A DNA stretch of 63,197 nucleotides, counting the filler, from Trichosphaerium sp. ATCC 40318 (lineage: Eukaryota > Protista > Tubulinea), in the NCBI GenBank assembly GCA_038496445.1. It is 3 parts of 3 records of this genome, joined end to end, with 100 filler letters (N's around TTAATTAATTAA, not from the genome) between each part and the next. Parts side by side here need not be neighbours in the genome. Positions count along the whole stretch, not along the records: positions 1 to 25,172 come from JALMLS010000582.1; 2 more parts are not named here. The stretch is one strand, 5' to 3'. The translations under genes were made by a program, and so were the position numbers. Of the stretch, positions 1-10,208 are shown one piece after another. Numbering within the stretch: the first letter of the stretch is position 1; the number at the start of each line of letters is the position of its first letter. A model generated the notes under the pieces. That model worked only from the letters and a program-made list of their open reading frames with translations. It had not been told where the DNA came from and searched no databases.

Positions 1-1101
1 AAAGGTATTTTTTAAGATACCAGAATACTGTTGTGATAATTCACCATCAGTAATTCTTAGAGCAAAGGCGATATTGTACGCAGCTTTTGTATTTTGCACC
101 AAATAGAAGGGGTGCGCTTGTGCACGTTAAAATAAAAAGATATGGTAGGTTTTTTAGTTTGCGGCACATTTAGTTCACCCGGATGTCATTATATGAGCGG
201 AAGAATAATACCTCCGTTGGAATTGCAAATCTTTTAGGTAATTTCAGGTATAGCATATAAGTCAATGCTATGGCAATCACGTTATACTAAATGCACAAGA
301 AACAGACTAAATGCAACAAAAGTTGTTTTTACTACATTGTTAGCACGTGTTCATTCATTTTATCCTTTGGCTCGTGAATTACACTTGAGATATCTAAGAA
401 CGAACCAAAACTCCGCCCCACGCGCATGATATGACGTACTTACTCTAGTAAACCAAAACGTTACTTAAGTTTTCAAGAATTTGAAACAAACCAACTTTGT
501 TTTAAAAAGCCACAGGAAGTCCGTTAAATGCGTTATGTGAAAGAGATAGCTCAATTGCAGAGTGGGTCTCAAAAGTAATGAATATCCCACAACAGAGGTG
601 CCGAAACCTTAGTTGGGATGATCCCACAACCAACAGCTTCCAGCCAAGGAAAAAGCTCCAGACAAGTGTAAAGTTTGCCGCAAATCGATGGTAGTACCGT
701 GTAATCGCGTGTGGTACTAATTAAAATAGGTATCGTTTCATAAATCAAGTACACAGTATAGATGGCATTATAAATGTGAGGATAGCATATGTACATACCG
801 GGTGACACTTATTTCGCCTTCTGCCTTTATGCGAAAAATAAAGGGACATGCGCCTTTAAAGGCAAGTTCCACTACATGTCTGGCACGGCAGATACAGTAC
901 GTTATCTTTACCTGCTTTTTACGCCTTACAAGTGTATTTCAGATGAACTGTAAGAAATGTTCATACACCGAGTCGTACTAAACAGCTTAATGCGTTGTCT
1001 GTAATAATATGCAATAAAACCAATTGCCATTTTTGTAAAAGTGCTGGTTTTTGTTTAAGTACGTAGTGACGCTTGAAACAATACACAACATCACTCGTGA
1101 G

Positions 1102-2496
1102 ATGGCTAGTACTCAAACTACCCTACAGGCAAAGCTTGATAGGCTCAAAGACGCAACTGCAAAGTTAGGTACATAGCGATATGATTATTGTTTCCCCTCG
1201 GTGTTATTAAGGAGTTATAACGTTATGATAGCGCAAAATGTACCAAATGATCCAAACAGCGCATTTATATTCGCTGCTCAAAGGAGAGCTTAATACAATA
1301 AATGAACTCCTAAAAGACGTTAACACAAATGTCAACGCAAAAGATGAAGAGTCAATGACAGCGCTTCATTGGGCAGCTGCTTATAACGAGCCAAGGGTTG
1401 TAGACGCTTTGCTGAATGACAAACGTGTTGATCCTAATGTGCCTAACAAAAGGCAAAATACGCCATTACATCAAGCTGCGATGTACGGTAAGTAATCAAC
1501 CCAATTCTTTTAGTCGTTTTAATGACATGTTGTCAAAACAAGGTTCTGCGTTGTCAGCTGAGCGTCTACTAAAGGATTCACGCGTGAAGATAGATGCATG
1601 CAACGAATGGGGTGAAACTCCGCTTTTTCTGGTACGAGCGCCAAAAATGGTAGCAACGTCTAACATAACTCTAGGCTGCAAACGGTGCTAACAAAGAGGT
1701 TTGTGACCTAAACCCTTTAAAAAACCCTGGAACGTTACGCATTCTAAACTGCTCAATAGGTCATGTTGTCTCTTCTCAAAGGTGGTGCCGACTACAAGAT
1801 AAAAGATAAATGGAATAGAACACCATCAGAGGCTGCTAAGGAACACGGAGAAACGGAAATAAGCGAAGTAATAAAATCTTTTATTGCCGGAACCTATGTA
1901 CCCAAAGATGAAAGTAAAACTCAGCCGGTACCAAAGAAATCCGGTGTAAAAGGTAGAAAGAGAATCTTAAGCAAAATGATGGAAGCACCATTAAGTACAG
2001 AGAAGTTCTTGGGGTGGCTCAAAGAAGATGACATTGATATCTTGGGATGCGATATGTACAAGTGGACGGCACTTCATAAACTTGCTTCGTGGAACAAGTC
2101 ACAATGTATAGAAGCAATGCTAAGCGACCCTCGTGTTGGTGAAGAGAATATTTCAAAGAAAGGTCAAGGAGGTGACACTCCTTTACATTGTGCTATTGAG
2201 ATGCATGCGTCTGCTTCTGTGGATGTTTTACTAAAAGACGAGAGGGTCAAAAAAAATATTAATGCTCTAAATGATAAAGGTCTTACTCCTGCTGATGTGG
2301 CTGTTAATTCAGGTAATCTTCAGCGCTGAGTATTTTAAAGGATCTTGGCGCTGTTTGTGGCAGTAGCGGAGGTACAGAAAAAGAATCTCACCTTCCTGAG
2401 CATTATGGAAAGACTGAGAAGCGCGCTGTCAAGAAATTAAATACAAATAAGTTTGCGGCTCTTGCAAAGGCAATGGGTAAACCAGCTCCAAAATAA
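1102..2496 (+). CDS. Ankyrin-repeat protein (multi-exon; one apparent 1-nt frameshift at ~2320)
   Basis: Repeated ankyrin motifs (MTALHWAAAYN, NTPLHQAAMYG, GETPLF, WTALHKLASWN, GDTPLHCAIE, GLTPADVA). GT-AG introns join the ORF-track fragments. ATG at 1102, TAA at 2494-2496. Confidence 0.85.
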
Positions 2497-2789
2497 ACTA
2501 TTTCCATTAACAATTGTGTACGCTAGGCTTTAAATACAAGGTTTTTTAGACACCTTGGCTAGCAAAGTTTGTTGGTACCTGCCTAGACTTAACCGGTTTT
2601 CTAAGACCGCCCTATTTAAATATTGGCTCTTCTTAAGAGCTTGAATAGTAATAGCTGCTATCTCGTTGAATCGTGTATTTGTAAGTAATTTTGGTCACGT
2701 GTACCTAAGTCAGTTTGTTGACAGCGTTTTGACACTTGTTGATTAACTTATCAAAAGATTGCGGTTTAACCAACATCAGCTGTTACAAT

Positions 2790-5700
2790 ATGGATAAGCT
2801 TTGCTCAGTACGAACGAAGGATGGCAGACTCCTGGAGATCAAAGAGTGCTCTATTCGCGTAGATATATGGGGTTTTCTCGCAAAAACAACCGTTCAGGTT
2901 CTTTTACAACCGTTTTACCAACTTTGTCACCGGAAGAACCTAAATACCTATCTAGATGACCTTTTTTAATCGTGGAGACACTGAGGAAGAGGCAGAGTTG
3001 AATTTCCCCTTAAACGAAGGTGAGGATACAAACCAAAAACTTTCGCCAAACGAATCCAAACTTTTTCCTCGTTTCTTCACCTCTTAAGTGAATGAGATTA
3101 TCAATATGGCTACTCGAATGCTAAGAGTTTAATCTAGGTTCTACGGTTTGCGGTTACGCTTTAGATGTAAACGGTGTCATGGTAGACGGCGTAAGTGGTT
3201 GTTTGTTCGAATAAAAAAGTTAGTGTCTTGAAATGCTTACTTTACTACATAGGTTGTAGTCCCTAAAAATCAAACTAGAGCTGCTTTTGAAACCTCAGAA
3301 AGGACTAACAATAATACTTGTGGTATGGTTGAACACGTGCGAGGAAACGTGTACAAAACACGTATCTACCCAGTTCCTAAAAAGTAAGATAAAACCAAGA
3401 AAGCTTAAAACCTGACAACAAAAAAGGGGTTCTCGAGCTGTTAGACTTGTATTCTCTTCGCCTTTGAAGGTACAAGAAAAACGAAGACAAGGACAAGCAA
3501 CTAAGGAACTTGAATACAATTTCCCGCTTCAATTTGTTGAAAGGATTCCTTCTTATTCCGTTCTAGCGAATGTGAGTGCTTACACTATGCATGTTTTACC
3601 ACTAATTGACTCGTTTAGGTGTCCAGTGACTGTGGCATTAAACCAACTAAGTTTAGTTGTAATGGCAAGCCAGTAACCTTCTCGAAAGGTCATCAGGTAC
3701 ATTGTAGTGAATATACAAGATATGTCTGTTCTCTTATTAACGAGCTACAAAGGGTCATTCAGGTCATTTTGAGCAAAAAGATATATCTGCAAATTGCAGT
3801 ATAATCATACGTGCTACAACAGATGAACCTCTACTATTGGTTGAAAAAGACAGTAAAACAAGGACTGTTTTTTTCTCATTGATGGACATTGTTTCTGAAC
3901 AAAAAACCAGTAAGCCAAGGTACTGTGAAGATAGTCTGCGTTTACAACGTTAACTGATGCTTTTTTGTAGAATTGGTTCAGTTGTGAATCACTTGCTTGT
4001 TCTATGGGATGCTTCGCTTAGTCAACAGAACAACAACTGTTTGGAATCATTGAAAAGAATATGTTCATCACTTGGCAAAGTGGTTGTCGACATAATACCG
4101 TTTCGCAATGAACCAGATGCAATGACTTCGTTTGATGTGTCTCATAGCACTTCCGAAATGGAGAACTTCCTGAACAACATTGTATACGATGGAGGTAAGT
4201 CACGTGACCTAGTAACGATTCTCACTTAGTATCTAGCCAGCGCTTTCTATAATCTACACGCGAGAGCATTGAACAAGAGTGGTACAGCCTATAAGGCTTG
4301 TCTTCTGTTTACGAACGGATTCGCAACAATAGGTACTGCGTTTGCAAATTTGCGTATTCTAAAGCGCAACAGGTCCTCTTGAGCTTGGAAGTAGCGAGTT
4401 ACGTGTATTCTCATTCTCTCATGATAAAGAAGTAAATCATGATGGTTTGAGGAAGATATCTAAAGCTTCTGGTGGCGTATACACCAATTTGAAGGCAAAC
4501 ACAAGATTATGTAGTTTGCACTTATACTAATGTTTGTCTTTAGTCATCTGTGAACTTTTCTTCTCTTGCTGCGTCTATTCTCAATGTCCAGAACCAATTT
4601 TCTTTGTTGCGTATTGAAAGAGGTGATAATTGCGTTACCGATGTGTACCCCAAGCGAAAAGAGGCTGTCAGTCAAGACCAGACTGTCATGGTTGTAGGAA
4701 AACTGAGTGCTAGCACCAATCTGAAGCTTTGTACAGCTTATTTGTTTGTAGCACTACTAACCATTCGTAGGCTATGGCTATACCAGTGAATCAATCATTG
4801 CCCATGAGTTTAAAGTAGATGTCAAGGAAGTGAAACGAGGCAGATTTCTTGGAAGGCTATGGGCTCAAAAGAGAATCTCAGGTTTGTAACAAATTACTAA
4901 TGTCTCCAGCTTACATTTTTAGATATCCAAGAAGATGCCAATAATAACGAGCGCCTTGCGAAAGAAATGATAAGTTTAAGTACTATGTATGGAATCGTTA
5001 CGCCAAAGACATCTATGCTGGTACTTGAGTCAGTTATGCAATACGTCAAGTACGAAATACCACCTCCAAAGATGTTACCCGGTAAGAAATTTCTTACACG
5101 TGCTTAATTTACTTAACTGTTAGATATGAGAGCAACTTATTTTGCAATAATGAACGCCCAAATTAAGGATAAAAAGGATGAAAAAGAAGAGCGGATTCAG
5201 TACGTCTTATCTCTTTGGAATAGAAGAGTCGGTATGTAAAAATACTCAAAGGTTCTTTGTTTATTCACTAAAACATTAGCTTGGTGGGGTGAGAGTGGTG
5301 GAAATGTTTCATTGGCTCAGCACCATTTAGATTACAATATTGAACTAGAGACTAAGCATTCATGCGTTCGTACGTAAATCTATCAACAAGCCAAACCTTA
5401 ACACTTCGTTAAACAAGATGATTTTACCAATGTTCCTCAAATCTTGCGTATGCCTGAAGACCAACCTTCAGTGATGGCTGCAGAAATTAAACAAGATGAA
5501 TATGATCCTGAATTATTGGTAGCCATGGGTATTAATCAATCAGACATAACAGAAATCTTCAGTGTACAAAAAATATTCTTCCCCAATAATAACAAATTTC
5601 GACAGATGTTTGATAAAGATGGGGATGATGAGCTCACCAAAGGCGATATACATTCTTTAATGAGTGGATTGGGAGAAGCTCTTAGTTCTGCAGAGGTATG

Positions 5701-8598
5701 AAAGTACTGATTCTTGAAACAACTAACTTTTAAGGCTGCTGAGCTAGCACAAGGTCTCAATGCCCTTAAAACGAAACATCTGAAAAAACAAAGAGATACA
5801 AGTCCAAGTAGTAGGAGAGTTGTCAAGAAGGGAGGGAAATTGAATCGCATTTATCAACCACTAGTGCTACAAAGAAAAGTAGCAGAACAATACAATGACA
5901 TTGAAACGTCAATTTCTGCTTTGCCTTCTAGTACTTCATCCGAAGTTGTTGATCGTAGTCTGGCAGCCTATATGATACCTCTATCAGCATCTGAGGAACC
6001 ACAACGTGAATTCTCACGTAAACGAATAAGGGGAAGACCGCTTAAGAAAAAGGCGGAAAAGAGATCCGTACCACAAGAAGTCCAACCAATTACCACGTCA
6101 GATACCAATACAGTCGAAAAACGTACAACATGCCTTTTTAGTAATGATATTTACTTTTTATTCTTATTATAGGTAAGGCAATGAGTGTTAAAGCAGGAGA
6201 TGTTATTGTCGTAAACGGAAAAGAAATAACTATTCAAAAAGTACGAAGATCTCGCCCTGGTAAGCATGGACCAGCGAAGGTTGCTGTTGTAGGTACGTAA
6301 TGTTTCTACTATTTTCATTTCGTGCTATTGAATCGTGTTTATTCAAATCACGTGATGGATTTTCGTAGGCATAGATTCGTCCGGAAAAAAAGTAGAACAG
6401 TTAAAAAGGAGTAATGATAGCTTCAACATTAAGGCTGGAAACACAAAGAAAACTGAATCTATTGAATCAAGGGATGACAGGGTCATACCTAAGACCGCAG
6501 CTAGTAATAAAAGTACGTTATCACGTGAGTGTTGCTTATTTTGATTTTTAAAGACAAGCACAAAAGAAGGAGATCTGCTAAGAGATCAGAAAGTAACCTA
6601 TCGTCGTCCACAAGCTATAGCCCTAGATTTGATACTACAACGCCAACACTGGGCGCCACAATAGAAGTAGATGTATGAATTTCTTTTTCTTTCTTTGTGT
6701 TGACTGTATTAGGGCAAAGTTATGAAAGTTGGCGCAGTCAGATATGCCAAAGCAGGAAAGCACGGAATCCGAAAGGCATGCTAGCATACTGTGCAAATCA
6801 GCTCATAGTTCTACTAGAGATTCATACAAGGAACTGATGTTGTTACTGGTAAGAAAGTTACTACCATACAACGTGCTACTATTCCAGTAAAACAGTTAAT
6901 AATGGAAGAACAGAAAGAGGGTAAGCCAGAATTTTGTTCACAACGTTTTTTTTATTGACATGTTTCCTTTAAGAAGATCATTCCTCAAGTGCATCAAGTA
7001 GTGATGCAGAAGGGTCTGATAGCCCAGAGTCAGAGGTTGTCGAAGACATCAGTCAGAAATATGCATCTGAAGACAAGTATGATGACTTTATGATAAACGT
7101 TGTCGATGACTTCGTTGAATCAGAAGAGGAGCAAGATAGTTTTCAAAGTAAGATTAAATCAACAAATTCCTTCCAGACTATTCTCTTAAACCACTTTAAA
7201 ATAGGCGATTTATATTCTTCCATGCCCACAAGCGCTTTTAATAATATGGAAGAGATTATTGCGTCTCTTAAAGACAATGATACCTCATACGGTGCTCCTC
7301 AACCGGTGATCTCTTTCACGACATCAAAAAATGCTCAACGAAAAGTATCAGCAACTCAAGCCTACTCTGTACATCCTTCATTCCTACCAATCACATTGCT
7401 AACTTTCCACCAGGATTACTTGCGTTTAAGAACAGAAAAATCTGGTCCTGAATTCTACTTTGACGCAGCATGCTCATTTTTTGAAATGGGTCACGTTAAC
7501 CTAGGAATTCGCATCTTATCAAATCTTGCTGAGATTGATCTGGATAACCCACATTTTCTACGCATACTAGCAAGAAAATTACAAGAGCAAAATGTACGTT
7601 AGTACTATTGCTTGTTTCAAGAACTAATAGTTTATGAAGGATGTTGATAGTGTTGTTTGTCATGTTCTTGAGAAAGTACAAGAACTTCGACCTGAGGAGC
7701 CTCAAAGTTGTAGAGATCTTGCTGAAGTATTAATCAAGAGAAAAGATCTTAATAAGGCTGTAAGAGTTTTATATGATATAGTTGAAAAGAAATGGGACAA
7801 CCGCTTTGCACAAATCGAGGTCATTGCTCTGATGTACAAGTTTTTTTCTGTTCTGTTTCTGCGTTTTTTTCTTAGTATTTGTATTAAGGGATCTAAATGC
7901 ACTTTTACATCGTGTCAAAGATATCAATATGCTTGCACCGCCTCATTTAAGAGTCAACTATGATTTTGTTGACCCAAGATTAATAACGAACTTACCGGTC
8001 GATATCAGAGTCGTCTTACAATGGGTATACTAGTTTAGTACATCTTTTTTCTAAAGACGTCTGTAGCATACCGACAAAACCGATGTAGAATTGCACGTGA
8101 CTGAACCTAACGGTGATAAGTGCTACAGTTTCAACAACAGAACATTAGCTGGAGGCTTATTATCTAAAGACTGCGCTGCAGGGTATGGAAAGCTAAAAAA
8201 TCCAAAATATACTTAGTGCTCGTACTACAAGTTATGGCTAACTTTTTTCAAGATATGGCCCAGAAGAGTACTTGATACGCTCTGCACAGTATGGTAATTA
8301 CCAAGTATCCGTTAAACTATTCCATGCACGTCGTGTTACTGCTCTTGGAACTGTACGCTAAAACCTTTATGATATGTTCTTTTTTTTTCCTACAGATTTT
8401 AACTATCCCAATGTCATAGATTGCCACAGTGTCTGTTTACACTAACTTCGGCACTCCTCAACAAAATGTTACGAGGTTCGTAAAAAGTCTTCTACCTACT
8501 ATGACATCTGAACTGCTCACGGGGTTTTTACAAGGCATAGCGTAAAGCTTACAAAGAATAAGGAGGTCCTAAATGTTGCATCAATTAATTGGAATTGA
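2790..8598 (+). CDS. Large multi-exon VIT / vWA-like / EF-hand / 2x eIF5A-like / TPR / DUF2135(YfaP)-like protein
   Basis: N-terminus resembles VIT (IRVDIWGFLAKTTVQ..TFFNRGDTEEEAELNFPL..STVCGYALDVNGVMVDG..GNVYKTRIYP). MIDAS-like WDASLS, then GRFLGRLWAQKRI and YGIVTPKTSMLVLE. EF-hand MFDKDGDDELTKGDI. TPR-like RILSNLAEIDLDNP..LRPEEPQSCRDLA. C-terminus DIRVVLQW..TDVELHVTEPNGDKC..YGPEEYLIR. TGA at 8596-8598. Confidence 0.8.
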
Positions 8599-9510
8599 GT
8601 TGCCACTTCGTTAAGTCCCACTAATAATGATTCTCTGACATATGGTTTATGCTTGTTTTGGTTGTAGGCAAGGTTCAAAAATAAAGGTTGGTACATTGTT
8701 CGGGCTTAATCTTTTATTAAAGAACAAGTATGTCGTCATGTGCGTATACGTATACTATGCTATGAATGTACAGGTATTGGTATTGTGTTGGTGGTGTTTG
8801 CTGTACACGGTTTTTTGGGTATTTGTCTATAAGCCCATCTGAAAAGAAAGACACGCCTACTACGACAGTAATAGCTACTGCCAGTATGACTAAAACAAGT
8901 GATACTAAAATCCTTGGCACCTGAGATCTAGTATTAACCTAAAAACCCAGCACTCGTTTCGATAACACCGCAGATATAACTTCATTACTGAGCGCATAAA
9001 ATGCACCTATTTGCTGTCCTAATGATCTAAAAGCATTATGGAACTCCCTGCAGCGAGGTCTTATGTCTTTGATGATGATAAATACGTCCAAACAAGTTCT
9101 TTTGTCATTGTTTTTTGCCCTGAAAAAAAGTGAAAACACGTGATGAATCGGGATTTATAGAGTTGGGTGCGAAAATAAGTTGTTATTGTACTGTTATAGA
9201 CATTACAGCGGGACTCAAAATACGCTAGACAGAAGGAGAAAAAGCAAGCTGGGCGTTCATTTTGTGTTTTCTGTTTTGCCTGTTTCAAAAGTAACATTAA
9301 GATTCTGTTAATGATCCGAGATTTTACGGGCTGTGTGAGTCCGAAGATATAACGCTATAACCTGTGTATATAATAGACCTAACGTATATATAGCACCTTG
9401 TTTGTTATACCCTCTGGTATATTTAGAATTTCGGAACATCTCCGCACCTTAGATGTTGTCGGATTGCTTAATTGTTTTTGCGTCTTTATTAAACACACAG
9501 CAACACGTTA

Positions 9511-9589
9511 TGTCACGATATTGTAATGTACTTAGATAGAATAAAACACACTTAACTACAACTCGTACCTCGCACCTTTTCTCGTAACA
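9511..9589 (+). repeat. 5' LTR (79 bp)
   Basis: TGTCACGA...TCGTAACA with near-inverted ends and an internal AATAAA; identical to 16999-17077. Confidence 0.95.
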
Positions 9590-9594
9590 TAATT

Positions 9595-9612
9595 TGGCGA
9601 CTTGAAAGGATA
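9595..9612 (+). promoter_or_regulatory. Putative primer-binding site (TGGCGACTT...)
   Basis: TGG-initiated sequence 5 nt after the 5' LTR, complementary to a tRNA CCA end. Cognate tRNA not determined (tRNA-Arg-like is a guess). Confidence 0.55.
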
Positions 9613-9741
9613 TTTGAACCATAAATATAGCGATTGTTAAGTATAAACAAAAAACTTACAAATTGGGGGCAAACGCTTTAAAACACGTGTTAAAGCTCTC
9701 CTACAACAACAGAAATCGACTCACTTTCAGTAGTAAGTCGT

Positions 9742-10058
9742 GGGGCAGTACATCTCCTTAATACCTGTACAAACAAACGGTACGCGCGTCTAACGCAGTA
9801 CCGGGGGCAGTACATCTCCTTAAGACCTGTACACAAATTTAATTGCGAGACACCTTTGACTTGGGCGTTTCCAAACGGTACGTGCTTTAAACGCACTACT
9901 GGGGGCAGTACATCTCCATAAAACCTGTACACAAAATTAATTGGTAGGTACCTTTGACTTGGGTACCTCCAGGGGCAGTACATCTCCATAAAATCTGTAC
10001 ATAATCGGTACGTCAAAAGACAACGCCGGGGGCAGTACATCTCCTTAAAATCTGTACT
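9742..10058 (+). repeat. Five spaced copies of GGGGCAGTACATCTCC-N8-TGTAC in the retroelement leader
   Basis: Copies start at ~9742, 9803, 9901, 9972 and 10028. Spacers are ~27-70 nt and partly related to each other. Confidence 0.95.
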
Positions 10059-10208
10059 TCTGAAAACGAACGCTTTCATACGGACAAAAAGTTTAGACGG
10101 CAAACGTCCTTCTGTGCGCAGGTATCTAAAGCGCACCACGAAAGCTACGTACCACTACAAAACATAGAAATTGCTTTTGTAAGAAACATTATTTGATCAC
10201 GATTAGTC

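Noticed and set aside
1-1000. Possible minus-strand exons at the window start
   Set aside because: No recognisable motif or supportable gene model.
6173-6900. A stand-alone eIF5A gene
   Set aside because: No C-terminal OB domain, and the frame is continuous with upstream and downstream exons of the large protein.
8640-9300. Possible small minus-strand membrane protein gene
   Set aside because: A hydrophobic stretch is present, but I could not build a consistent start and splice model.
9742-10058. CRISPR-like repeat-spacer array
   Set aside because: Spacers vary in length and are related to each other, there are no cas genes, and the array lies in an LTR-retrotransposon leader.
9690-10139. 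149-aa minus-strand ORF with repeated EMYCP
   Set aside because: Antisense translation of the non-coding leader repeats.
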